Source of the DNA: Pseudomonadota bacterium
Lineage (GTDB): Bacteria > Desulfobacterota > Desulfobacteria > Desulfobacterales > RPRI01
DNA: 64,000 bases
Reading direction: 5' to 3'
Assembly: GCA_043825875.1 (NCBI GenBank)
Contig: JBDRRF010000076.1
Span: 96,001-160,000 of the forward strand
In this document: in pieces, positions 39,870 to 49,472 of the stretch
Numbering within the stretch: position 1 is the stretch's first letter
Layout of the letters: each line of letters starts with the position of its first letter
Translations under genes and position numbers: made by a program
Notes under the pieces: generated by a model
Seen by the model: the letters and a program-made list of their open reading frames with translations, nothing else
What the model was told of the DNA's origin: nothing
The model's database searches: none

Positions 39870-40595
39870 ATGAATCCAAACGAATATACAAAACGGATTA
39901 AATCCAAAATACTCGACTGGGGTGCCGATTTGGTCGGAGTGGCGGATGCCGAACCCTTGAGAGAACTTAAAGTTAATCCACCTGATTTACTGGATGGTTT
40001 CACACATGCTGTTTCAATTGCTATTCAGTTGCCGGTAGCTGTATTTGAGACAATTACAGATAAACCTACACCGGTTTATAGCGCAATATATAAAACCGCT
40101 AATAGTATTTTAGATGAACTTGCATATCGCACCTCAGTACTGCTTCAAAAAGACGGATACCTCAGCCTTCCTGTACCGGCATCCCAGATTCTTGATCGTA
40201 AAAACTGGTATGCTGCAATCAGCCACAAAGCTGTGGCAAGAATGGCAGGTCTTGGCTGGCAAGGAAAAAATCTACTTCTTATAACGCCTCAATTCGGTTC
40301 CAGGGTTCGTCTTGTAACCATTCTCACACAAGCACCGCTAACAGCCGATACTCCTATGGAGAACCGGTGCGGAAGCTGTATGTTATGCCGCAATTCCTGC
40401 CCTGTCCAGGCGATCAGAGGAGTAAATACAGCAGACCATTACAAAGACAGGGAAGAAGCCTTACATTTTTCCAGATGTGTTGAAAAACTTATGGAAGAAT
40501 ATGCAAAACTACCTGATATCGGCGCACCTATCTGCGGCATCTGTATCAAGGTTTGCCCGTTTGGCCGTAAAACTGGAAAATTGCATGATATTTAA
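39870..40595 (+). CDS. QueG/reductive-dehalogenase-like 2x[4Fe-4S] protein
   Basis: GADLVGVA, SHKAVARMAGLGWQGKN, GSRVRL, CGSCMLCRNSCP and CGICIKVCP motifs. Confidence 0.8.
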   Translation: MNPNEYTKRIKSKILDWGADLVGVADAEPLRELKVNPPDLLDGFTHAVSIAIQLPVAVFETITDKPTPVYSAIYKTANSILDELAYRTSVLLQKDGYLSLPVPASQILDRKNWYAAISHKAVARMAGLGWQGKNLLLITPQFGSRVRLVTILTQAPLTADTPMENRCGSCMLCRNSCPVQAIRGVNTADHYKDREEALHFSRCVEKLMEEYAKLPDIGAPICGICIKVCPFGRKTGKLHDI

Positions 40596-41199
40596 AAAAA
40601 AGAAAGATATATCAACATTAGATGATGTTCTCAAATCAAGCTGGAAAGAACTTCACAAAGGTGTTCGAAATTTCAGACATCCCTTTTACAGACCGGCCTT
40701 TACTACTATTACCAATAACAAACCGGAAGTGCGAACCATCATTCTGAGAGGTTTTTTGGAAGAAGACCGGACATTGATATCTTACTGCGATGCCAGATCT
40801 CCCAAAGTTTCTCAGATCCGAAATAATCCTAATGTGAGCTGGTTATTCTATCATCCTAAAAAGTGGCTACAGTTGCGTCTATCAGGAACAGCTACGGTCC
40901 ATATTGACGATAATACGTCTGAATCTCAATGGAAGAAAGTAAGCCAAACCAATAGAATCAACTACTGCACAGAAATGCCGCCTGGTTCGCCCACCAATAA
41001 ACCTACTTCCGGCCTGCCGGATTTTGCCCGTGATCAAGCACTTAAACTGCTTGATCATCCGGAAGCCTATAAAAATTTTGCCGCCATTGTCTGCCGGTTC
41101 AATGAAATGGACTGGTTGCTGCTGAAAATGACGGGGCACATCCGGGCGAAATTTCATTGGGAAGATAATCGCATAAATGCATCATGGGTAATCCCATAA
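40585..41199 (+). CDS. Pyridoxamine 5'-phosphate oxidase-like FMN-binding protein
   Basis: PEVRTIILR, DARSPKV, LFYHP..LQLRLSG, DWLLL...H.RA.F and W..P; start placed at ATG 40585. Confidence 0.8.
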   Translation: MIFKKKKDISTLDDVLKSSWKELHKGVRNFRHPFYRPAFTTITNNKPEVRTIILRGFLEEDRTLISYCDARSPKVSQIRNNPNVSWLFYHPKKWLQLRLSGTATVHIDDNTSESQWKKVSQTNRINYCTEMPPGSPTNKPTSGLPDFARDQALKLLDHPEAYKNFAAIVCRFNEMDWLLLKMTGHIRAKFHWEDNRINASWVIP

Positions 41200-41251
41200 G
41201 CATTAGTGGCGACATATAAAATGCCACCCTACGTTTGATGAAATACAGAAG

Positions 41252-41294
41252 AGTTACGGCAGATGAGATGCGAGGCGGGGTTTTACATCCCGCC
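41252..41294 (+). repeat. REP-like palindrome, copy A
   Basis: GGCGGGGTTTTACATCCCGCC preceded by AGTTACGGCAGATG; an inverted relative lies at 54255. Confidence 0.5.
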
Positions 41295-41490
41295 CCACGT
41301 TTTATAAATGGATTTATCTCTTCTTCACTATTATCAAGTCTTGTTGGTGGGGGGGAGGTTCCGATGGTTAGGCAGTTATGAAAAATATAAATGCGGTTCT
41401 TTTTATTGAATAGCTTCCTGAAAGAAAGCATCCGACAACGTTGAGCTTGATCCACCATTTCAACCAGAAATCAATAAAAATAGGGAAAAG

Positions 41491-41706
41491 TGTCGGAATA
41501 GTTTACAAAATCAGTTTTTTTAAAATACCATCATATATAATTGTATTTCTTATATAAAAGCCGTGAAAGAGCAATTTTCCTCATATCAAGCGTAGGGATT
41601 CTTTACATAATTATTTATACGAATATCACCATAACTGCATGTTATTCTTATATTATAGATAACTATTACCCATTTTGGTGTTTGAAAACTGTCGGATTTC
41701 TTTACA
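41491..41706 (+). promoter_or_regulatory. Three TGT-N11-ACA-type enhancer-like boxes upstream of the PEP-CTERM gene
   Basis: TGTCGGAATAGTTTACA (41491), CGTAGGGATTCTTTACA (41591) and TGTCGGATTTCTTTACA (41690). Confidence 0.65.
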
Positions 41707-41833
41707 AATTTAACCTCAACATTAAATTATTATTTCTTTCATCTGTGCAAATCAGACATTGCCATTTATGATTATTAATAAATATGAAGTGGTTGTAATT
41801 ACATAATATATAAGTAAGCCCTTGTTCGAGGCA

Positions 41834-41849
41834 TGGTATAATATTTGCT
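41834..41849 (+). promoter_or_regulatory. Sigma54 (-24/-12) promoter
   Basis: TGGTATAATATTTGCT (GG-N10-GC), about 50 bp before the start codon. Confidence 0.65.
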
Positions 41850-41896
41850 ATATTATCAACAAACATATAAAAACTATTAAAAAGGAGGATAAAAAA

Positions 41897-42649
41897 TTGA
41901 AGAAATATTTTATAGGATTGGCATCCGTATTATTAATGTTTTGTATAGTGGGGATAGCACAGGCAGATACAATTAATTTAACAGGAACAATACGTGATTT
42001 CAATTCCAGTCATCAACACTTTGAATCAAGTATTGATAATCTTGTTACGGGTTTGGTTGAAAACACCTTAGGAGCTGATAAAAATCCTGTGCGTACTACA
42101 AAGACTACAAGCTCAATGCCCGGTGATTTATCTCTATTTAACCAATGGTACAATGATGTTGCAGGGGTTAACATGGCCGACAGTCTTACCATAACCCTTG
42201 ACAATGGCGGCTCCGGCGATGTTTATTCATACAGCAATAATTCATTCTTCCCTATCGATAACCAGTTGCTTGGAAATGAAGGAAGATCTCACAACTACCA
42301 TTTTACATACGAACTTCATTCCAGCTTTACCTACCAGGGGGGCGAAATTTTCTCTTTCACAGGAGATGATGATTTATGGGTTTTTATTAATGATGAGCTT
42401 GCTGTTGACTTGGGTGGAATCCATGGTGCAGTAAGTGGAAGTGTGGCTTTGAACACATTAGGGCTAATATTAGGTAATGATTATGATTTTGATCTGTTTT
42501 TTGCTGAACGTCATACAACCCAATCAAATTTTAGCATTGAGACATCAATTCTGCTTAAAGAAACCACCGTCCCCGAACCCGCCACCATGCTGCTCTTAGG
42601 CCTTGGGATAGTTGGTTTGGCAGGGGTCAGGAGAAAGATTAAGAAGTAA
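41897..42649 (+). CDS. PEP-CTERM surface protein with a fibro-slime (PA14-like) domain
   Basis: Signal peptide; FFPID, HNYHFT.E, F.GDDDLWVFIN..LAVDLGG.H and FFAERHT..SNF; C-terminal VPEPATMLLLGLG...RRKIKK. TTG start after AGGAGG. Confidence 0.92.
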   Translation: MKKYFIGLASVLLMFCIVGIAQADTINLTGTIRDFNSSHQHFESSIDNLVTGLVENTLGADKNPVRTTKTTSSMPGDLSLFNQWYNDVAGVNMADSLTITLDNGGSGDVYSYSNNSFFPIDNQLLGNEGRSHNYHFTYELHSSFTYQGGEIFSFTGDDDLWVFINDELAVDLGGIHGAVSGSVALNTLGLILGNDYDFDLFFAERHTTQSNFSIETSILLKETTVPEPATMLLLGLGIVGLAGVRRKIKK

Positions 42650-42678
42650 CAAAAATATAATTCTATTTAGTTCCACAG

Positions 42679-42711
42679 AAAGGCAGGGCCAGAAATGGTC
42701 CTGCCTTTTTT
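42679..42711 (+). terminator. Intrinsic terminator
   Basis: AAAGGCAGGGCCA-GAAA-TGGTCCTGCCTTTTTT. Confidence 0.75.
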
Positions 42712-43006
42712 ATTGTATGTTTCAAACAGCATTCGTTACCTTTCGAAATTATTTATATTAACGTTTTGTAGGTGAAGCCGCCACATCTTCACAATCCCCC
42801 ATTTCCGCTATATTCAAACCGAAATTACAGATATAAACGCCGATCCGGATTTATTCAGACTCTCTGCTTTCCCGATGCAACACGGTTTCCGATTAAATAT
42901 CTTCTCTGCAATGATTTATGTTATCATGCCTGCAACATAAAACATCGGCCAGTAAAATTAAAAAGTAACAAATATGTTTATTTATTTGGTGAAATGCGGT
43001 ACAAAA

Positions 43007-43206
43007 ATATCGGCCAATATATCGGCCAAAATCCTGGATGTTTTTCTGTTTATTTAACTGCAATAATTCGTTTTGACTTATTATTTTATTTTACTAGATC
43101 GGCCAATATACCGGCCAAACTTTCAATATAACCAATAATTCATATTTAAAAGAGTACTCACAATCAGTTAAAGCATAAGGATTTAATATCGGCCAAATTA
43201 CCGGTA
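43007..43206 (+). repeat. Three phased pairs of 12-bp direct repeats (consensus ATATCGGCCAAW)
   Basis: Pairs start at 43007, 43096 and 43186; the second unit of the third pair is degenerate. Confidence 0.7.
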
Positions 43207-43224
43207 TATGCCTGGAGGGTAAAC

Positions 43225-44439
43225 ATGGAAGATGGTTTTTATACAAAAGTTTCGGAAATGGAACCAATGATGCCTATTGATCCTACGGGAGAACTCGACG
43301 ATTTGGCGATTGAGGTGATTCGTAAATCAGCCTGCATTAGTACCGCTGTTCATCCGGTTACCCGAAGAGGAGTAGTGGAATTAGTAAGAAAAATGAACAG
43401 CTACTATTCCAATTTAATAGAAGGGCACAACACTCATCCTGTAGACATTGATCGAGCTATGCGAGAAGACTTTTCCAGTGATCCTGCAAAAAGAGCAAGG
43501 CAATTGGAAAGTAAAGCACATATAGAAGTTCAGAAATATATCGAGACCCACATCGAAAATGCTCCGGAAACAGTCATTACGAGCAAGAGTTTTTTGTGCC
43601 TGATACACCAAGAATTTTATAAGCGTATGCCTGAAGAGTACCTTGTCGTACAACGTGCGGATGGAAAAGCTGAAAAGGTGATCCCTGGCAAAACAAGGGA
43701 ATTAGATGTTGAGGTTGGGAGGCATTTGCCACCTAAATCAGAATATATAAGCGCTTTTATGAAAAGATTCGAAGAAGTCTATAACCCTCAAAAACTGAAT
43801 GGTTTAAGTCAGGTTATTGCGGCGGCGGCATCTCATCACCGCCTGTCATGGATTCATCCTTTTATAGATGGCAATGGGAGAGTTACACGCCTTATGACTC
43901 ATGCCTACCTGAAAAAGGCAAAAATAGATGGCCACGGCTTGTGGACTGTATCCCGGGGTTTTGCAAGAAATCGGGAAGATTACCTTGCTTCCTTAGCAGG
44001 AGCAGACCAACCTCGCAGAGGAGACCTGGATGGCCGAGGAAATTTGACACAAGCCGGACTGTTGGAGTTTTGTAAATTCTTTCTTAAAATTGCTATTGAC
44101 CAAATTGACTTTATGTCGGCCCTTTTGGAATTAGATGGAATGCAGAAACGAATACAAGCAGCGGTTGATCGTCAAGTTTCTTTTGGTGAACTGAAACCTG
44201 AATCGGGGCATTTACTAAGAGATGTATTTTTACGCGGTGAAATCCCTCGCGGAGAAATCCCGAATATCATCGGAATGCCTGAACGTTCAGCACGTAGGGT
44301 CGTCAGTAGTTTACTGGTAAAAGGATATTTAGTTTCCAATTCGGAAAAAGGGCCTGTAATGCTCGGTTTTCCAGCATCCATAGTGGGGTATTATTTCCCT
44401 CACCTTTATCCTGAAGGAGTTGAATCCAATCTTGATTAG
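43225..44439 (+). CDS. Fic family protein with a C-terminal HTH-like region
   Basis: Canonical HPFIDGNGRVTR Fic motif; SNLIEG inhibitory-type motif. Confidence 0.92.
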   Translation: MEDGFYTKVSEMEPMMPIDPTGELDDLAIEVIRKSACISTAVHPVTRRGVVELVRKMNSYYSNLIEGHNTHPVDIDRAMREDFSSDPAKRARQLESKAHIEVQKYIETHIENAPETVITSKSFLCLIHQEFYKRMPEEYLVVQRADGKAEKVIPGKTRELDVEVGRHLPPKSEYISAFMKRFEEVYNPQKLNGLSQVIAAAASHHRLSWIHPFIDGNGRVTRLMTHAYLKKAKIDGHGLWTVSRGFARNREDYLASLAGADQPRRGDLDGRGNLTQAGLLEFCKFFLKIAIDQIDFMSALLELDGMQKRIQAAVDRQVSFGELKPESGHLLRDVFLRGEIPRGEIPNIIGMPERSARRVVSSLLVKGYLVSNSEKGPVMLGFPASIVGYYFPHLYPEGVESNLD

Positions 44440-44454
44440 CCCATGTACTACTTC

Positions 44455-45516
44455 TTATTTACTGCAAATCCGGCATCCAAGTAGGCATTGCGGGCACAAC
44501 AAGTGCAGCGAATCGCAAAACCCGACATTATATGTGCTTGTCCCGCATCCTTCACAAACTAACGGATCAATCGATTTGGTTGAAGGGTTATAGATCATGG
44601 CAAGTTTTTTTATTTTCCGGCCGATGGCTGCATTGTAGCTAATCTTAATGGATGGAGAATTAATGATCATGGCTCCGCATAATACAAGCCGTATCTTGAT
44701 GCTGTATTTTTTAAAAAGGTCATCTTTTTTTTTCTCAAGCTCAAGAGGAATTAATAGTATCTTTTCCCGTCGATCCGATTTTAACTGATCTGAAATACCC
44801 GGCCTTTTCAAGCTGTTTTCCATTTCCTGCTTTAGCCCGGTATAGTATTCATCTAAATTATCAACATCCCGTTTAAACCGTCTGTTCATGTTGCTCTGAA
44901 ATATTTTAATTTCATCGGCAAGAACAATAGGAACATTATTTTCGACCGCCTGAATCAACCTTTCAATTACGGTTTTTTCAATAACACTTTTCCTGTCCCC
45001 TGATTCATATTTTTTTTCGGTATAATAAAGAGCGTCTTCTATTCCTGCAACACAAGCTCCGGTTTCAAGATTAAAGCACAAAGACACCATGCCTTCTTTC
45101 TGTTCATCGCTTTGAGCTATATACCGACATGGAAGCACAATATAACGGGTTAATGTTTCAGCATGGTTTTCAACCGTACCTGAAGCGCCGTTAAACGAAA
45201 ATATATCCGTTATCAACTTGTCAAATCCCTGGCTTTTTATGTAATTAAAATGCAGTGAGCATTCCACCACCGGTATGGTATCACAAACATGGTTTAATAT
45301 TTTATCAAGAAACGCTGAGCCGTATGCAACGGAAAATTCTCCCTGGGCATCTTCTCCGGTTTGAACTTTAAAATGATCGGGAGTATTTAGTTGCTCCGCC
45401 AATGCTTCAGGAATAAGTACTTCCATCTGATTTGCATGACTTTCCGTTGCTACACCATAAATCCGAAAAAATTTATTTGCAAAATCTGTGAGCGTTTGGT
45501 CAGAGTTAGAGTTCAT
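44455..45516 (-). CDS. YqhG-like protein with a C-terminal Cys/His zinc finger
   Basis: SDEQKEG, coiled-coil middle and CEGC...CDSLHLLCPQC...CRIC; overlaps the SNF2 stop. Confidence 0.65.
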   Translation of the reverse strand: MNSNSDQTLTDFANKFFRIYGVATESHANQMEVLIPEALAEQLNTPDHFKVQTGEDAQGEFSVAYGSAFLDKILNHVCDTIPVVECSLHFNYIKSQGFDKLITDIFSFNGASGTVENHAETLTRYIVLPCRYIAQSDEQKEGMVSLCFNLETGACVAGIEDALYYTEKKYESGDRKSVIEKTVIERLIQAVENNVPIVLADEIKIFQSNMNRRFKRDVDNLDEYYTGLKQEMENSLKRPGISDQLKSDRREKILLIPLELEKKKDDLFKKYSIKIRLVLCGAMIINSPSIKISYNAAIGRKIKKLAMIYNPSTKSIDPLVCEGCGTSTYNVGFCDSLHLLCPQCLLGCRICSK

Positions 45517-47842
45517 AATTTTCTCCAAAAAGATTCTTGTCTAGTTCTCTGGTTTTTTCATGTTGTGTTTTTAAACGCTTCAAATGCGAACCAAGACCGG
45601 CAAATTCTTTTTCCCGTTCAGCCTGAGATGGTGCATTAACCCAGATATTATATACAATATCCTCGAATTCGGATTCTCCGTGGATACGGCCGATTATCAT
45701 ATCAATTTCACCAATAACCATTTCGAACATATTAATTTTACGGTCAAGGATCTCAAGTATATGATCCTCAATACTCCCGGCATTACACAGATTATAAATC
45801 ATCACCTGTTTGTCCTGACCTATTCTGTGAATTCTTCCTATACGTTGCTCGATTTTCATAGGATTCCACGGCAAATCGTAATTAACCATCTGACAACAAA
45901 ATTGGAGATTTCGGCCTTCTCCGCCAATCTCGGTAGTAATCAGAACATCCTTTTGTTCACGAAAAATACGGATTTGTTCATCTTTTGTAACATTGTCCAT
46001 ACTGCCGTGAAAAAGGACATGCGGAATATCGTACCAGGTTAAAAATTCGGAAATCTGCTCAAGTGAACCAATATATTTTACAAAAACTATGATTTTACCT
46101 TTTTGTTTCTGTATCAGCTTAAGAAGTGTTTTGTTTTTTCCCGTTTCTCCCATAATTGTGCGGCACAGATTGACTATTCTTCTTATTTCATCCTGATTCT
46201 CATCCGGCAGGTCTTTTTTGGCAAGAATCCGGTTCAGAGTGATTTCCAGTGCCCGCGGCGATGATCCTGCTTCAGCAAGCAGATTTTTCAGTAAAAGCCT
46301 GGCTCCGGCACCTTTTGTCCGGTTGATGGCATCAACCAGACAAACTACGCGTTCATACAACTCGTTTTCACTTTGCCCCGGTTCAACACGAATTGTTTGT
46401 GCAAATCTGGGTGGAATATCAATCTTAGCCAAAGCCCTGGTATTGCGGATCATCACCTGACCGAGAAGTTCTCTTAACTGCCTTTTGTTTTGAGGGCTGG
46501 CCGGATCACCTTTTGTCATGAATTCTTTTCGAAATTCCGTTTGTGTCTTTAACTGGCCGGGTTTTAACAAAGTAATCAGGTTGTATAACTCCATAAGGTT
46601 ATTTTCAACCGGAGTCGCTGTTAAAAGCAGCAAGAACCTTTTTTTAAGGGCATTGACCAGTTTCCAGTTAAGCGTGCTGCGGTTCTTTAAGTGATGCGCT
46701 TCATCAACAATTACAATATCATATTCTTTTTCCGTCACATGTTTGAAATTTTTTGGTGATTTGGTATGGTTGATGGACGCCAGAATAAACGGCCTATCCC
46801 AAAAATCATCACTGTTCTTAAATTCGGGGTCATCAGTAGACGTAACATCTATCCCGAATTTCACTTTCAGTTCTTCCCGCCACTGGCTGACAAGAGGTGT
46901 AGGGGTCAGGATCAATGCGTTTTTTACCATTCCCCGCTGCATATACTCCTTAAGCACAATTCCGGCTTCTATTGTTTTACCAAGACCTACCTCATCAGAC
47001 AAAAGCGCACGTCCTCTGAAGGTCTTTAAAACTTTTCTGGCTGTTTCCTCCTGATACCAAAATGATTTTATATTTTTTAAGGAAGAAAGGCAGATTAAAT
47101 TTTCAAAAGAATCCATAAAATGGAGCCGGTGTGCTTCCAGGATCAAATTGTAAAGATCAACAGCAGCCGTAGTCCGGTTTTCTGCAAGACTTTTTGTGAA
47201 AGATAAAGTGTCAATCGAAAATGTCGCCGGAATATCCGGCAAGTCCTGTTTTTGGGGTTTTGCAGGTTTTGCCGGAGGGTTCCTGTTGGAGTCAGCAGCC
47301 GGTTCGGGTTTTTCCCGCTTTATTATTGGCTTCTTTTCGATTTGAATCTGTTTAGACTTGTTTTTATGTTCAAGCATGAACAGGCAGTATTGCCTGGAAT
47401 CGGCTATTCGGGATTTAATCTTATTTTTTTTCTGAATATTCATTTCCGGCAAACGGACAAGAAGTACTTCCAGAATATTTATGGCATCCTCAAACCGTTT
47501 TTCTTTAACAAGGGTATCGGCATAAAGCGGCAGGAATTCATTCTCCAGTTTGTTCATGCGGTACAATTTATCCAATCCGATCAGCAAAACATCATTTCTT
47601 CCCATTTCACGCCCGATATAGATAATTTCATTTAAACAATCCTCATCAGCCGGGTTTAGCTTAATTGCTTTTTGCAGATATATTAAAGCCTTTTCATAAT
47701 TTTCGGACTCAATCTGCCACATGGCTTCATCATAATAGAATTCCGATTTCAGGCTTTTATTTTCCGCATGCTGCGCTTTACGCTTGTTTAGCTTTTTAGC
47801 CTTTTCCCTTGCTTTTCGTTTTTCTTCCTTTGTTTTCGCCAT
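45506..47842 (-). CDS. SNF2-family helicase (YqhH-like) with an N-terminal TPR region
   Basis: DEVGLGKTIE, DEAHH, LTATP, GGEGRNLQ and YDLPWNPMKIEQRIGRIHRIGQ motifs. Confidence 0.9.
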   Translation of the reverse strand: MAKTKEEKRKAREKAKKLNKRKAQHAENKSLKSEFYYDEAMWQIESENYEKALIYLQKAIKLNPADEDCLNEIIYIGREMGRNDVLLIGLDKLYRMNKLENEFLPLYADTLVKEKRFEDAINILEVLLVRLPEMNIQKKNKIKSRIADSRQYCLFMLEHKNKSKQIQIEKKPIIKREKPEPAADSNRNPPAKPAKPQKQDLPDIPATFSIDTLSFTKSLAENRTTAAVDLYNLILEAHRLHFMDSFENLICLSSLKNIKSFWYQEETARKVLKTFRGRALLSDEVGLGKTIEAGIVLKEYMQRGMVKNALILTPTPLVSQWREELKVKFGIDVTSTDDPEFKNSDDFWDRPFILASINHTKSPKNFKHVTEKEYDIVIVDEAHHLKNRSTLNWKLVNALKKRFLLLLTATPVENNLMELYNLITLLKPGQLKTQTEFRKEFMTKGDPASPQNKRQLRELLGQVMIRNTRALAKIDIPPRFAQTIRVEPGQSENELYERVVCLVDAINRTKGAGARLLLKNLLAEAGSSPRALEITLNRILAKKDLPDENQDEIRRIVNLCRTIMGETGKNKTLLKLIQKQKGKIIVFVKYIGSLEQISEFLTWYDIPHVLFHGSMDNVTKDEQIRIFREQKDVLITTEIGGEGRNLQFCCQMVNYDLPWNPMKIEQRIGRIHRIGQDKQVMIYNLCNAGSIEDHILEILDRKINMFEMVIGEIDMIIGRIHGESEFEDIVYNIWVNAPSQAEREKEFAGLGSHLKRLKTQHEKTRELDKNLFGENYEL

Positions 47843-47989
47843 ATTATAACACTCAAACCGATTTGTTGGTAAAATCTCCTTATTTAATAAGTCCTGTATG
47901 AATTATTGAAAGGTTGATATTAGAATAAATATATATATAATTTCAATGCAAAACTATATATAAAACCGGAGAAAATATATCATACAAAG

Positions 47990-48131
47990 GAGCCACTTTC
48001 AAAACGTTTCAGTTTGGTCAAGCTCAAGGCGGGAGAAAATTTAAACCACAGGAATACATTGAGTATTTCGAGGATTGAAATTTGAGCCCAACGCAGAGAT
48101 CAGCCAAAATGGGGCGTTTTGAAACTGGCTC
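47990..48131 (+). mobile_element. MITE-like palindromic repeat, copy 4
   Basis: Near-identical to copy 2 and flanked by an AAAG direct repeat, immediately before the aminotransferase RBS. Confidence 0.85.
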
Positions 48132-48144
48132 AAAGGAGCTTTTT

Positions 48145-49329
48145 ATGGATAGCATCTTTTCTGATCGAATTACTGATGTCCCGCGTTCATTTATCCGCGA
48201 AATACTCAAGGTTGCTCTCGATCCATTGGTAATTTCTTTTGCAGGCGGTCTTCCAAACAGAGAACTTTTTCCTGTTTATGAGATAAGAGAAGCTACAAAC
48301 AAAGTATTTGGCATACATGGAAGAGATATTTTCCAGTACAGCAATTCGGAAGGTTATCAGCAATTAAGAGAATACATAGCAGATCGCTATTACCAAAAAA
48401 GAAACCTTAACGTATCAATTGAAAACATACTGATCACAAGCGGATCTCAGCAGGGTTTGGATCTTTTAGGTAAGATTTTTCTCAATGATGGTGATGGCAT
48501 AATAATAGAGGAACCAGGGTATCTGGGTGCCATTCAGGCATTCTCGATATATAGACCGAAGTTTTTGCCGGTTCCGGTTTCCGATGAAGGAATGGATACT
48601 AAGCGGCTACAGGCAATTATCGCTTCTGAAAAACCGAAATTGATGTACACAGTACCCAACTTTCAGAATCCATCAGGCATTTGCTATTCACAAAAAAACA
48701 GAGTTGAGGTTTCGGAAATACTACAGGAAAGCAGTACAATTTTAATTGAAGATGATGCCTATGGCGAGCTGAGATTCACCGGAGAAAACAAGCAGTACTT
48801 TAAAGAATTACTGCCTGACAATACAGTGCTGTTGGGATCATTTTCAAAAACGGTCGTTCCCGGATTCCGGTTAGGATGGATTGTAGCTCCAAAACACATA
48901 ATGGACAAACTTATTATCGCAAAACAGGCATCAGATCTTCATACAAGCCATTTTCTACAAAGTATTATATATCATTATCTGAAGGACAATGATTTTGATA
49001 AACATATAGATAAAATCAGATACGCCTATGGGAAGCAATGCGCGTCTATGTTAAACAGCATACAGGAATTTTTTCCGGCCGACGTAACGTTTACCAGACC
49101 GGAAGGCGGAATGTTTGTATGGGCCGAACTACCACAAGGAACAACATCGCTTGAATTATTTGATGTTGCGGTAAAAGACAATGTCATATTTGTGCCAGGC
49201 GATCCTTTTTATGTGAATAAAACAAAGACACGCACTCTGCGGCTTAATTTCTCATGTGTCGATGAAGCAACTATTCGGATTGGGATCAGGAAACTGGGAA
49301 ATACAATTAAAAAGCTTATAACAAGATAA
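48145..49329 (+). CDS. PLP-dependent aminotransferase class I (LysN/MocR-like)
   Basis: SFAGGLP, GSQQGLDL, PNFQNPSG, EDDAY and GSFSK..PG.RLGW. True start is MDSIFS; the ORF-track extension is MITE sequence. Confidence 0.9.
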   Translation: MDSIFSDRITDVPRSFIREILKVALDPLVISFAGGLPNRELFPVYEIREATNKVFGIHGRDIFQYSNSEGYQQLREYIADRYYQKRNLNVSIENILITSGSQQGLDLLGKIFLNDGDGIIIEEPGYLGAIQAFSIYRPKFLPVPVSDEGMDTKRLQAIIASEKPKLMYTVPNFQNPSGICYSQKNRVEVSEILQESSTILIEDDAYGELRFTGENKQYFKELLPDNTVLLGSFSKTVVPGFRLGWIVAPKHIMDKLIIAKQASDLHTSHFLQSIIYHYLKDNDFDKHIDKIRYAYGKQCASMLNSIQEFFPADVTFTRPEGGMFVWAELPQGTTSLELFDVAVKDNVIFVPGDPFYVNKTKTRTLRLNFSCVDEATIRIGIRKLGNTIKKLITR

Positions 49330-49472
49330 AATCGATATTTTTAATGAAACGAATAGATTTTTATCACAAAAATGGCAATAAACTACCAATAAGGCAACAT
49401 CGGAATTATCCAATATTATAAGAATATTGTTCAATATATTGTCAGGCTTTATCCTTTCGGAGAAAAACAATA

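Noticed and set aside
39870..40595. Respiratory reductive dehalogenase
   Set aside because: Only 241 aa, no Tat signal and no RdhB-like anchor; fits the short QueG-like Fe-S family better.
42772..43131. 119-aa ORF upstream of the Fic gene
   Set aside because: No RBS or motif, and it runs through the repeat array; likely non-coding.
43007..43206. CRISPR array
   Set aside because: The units are only 12 bp, paired and degenerate; spacers are about 65 bp; no cas genes are present.
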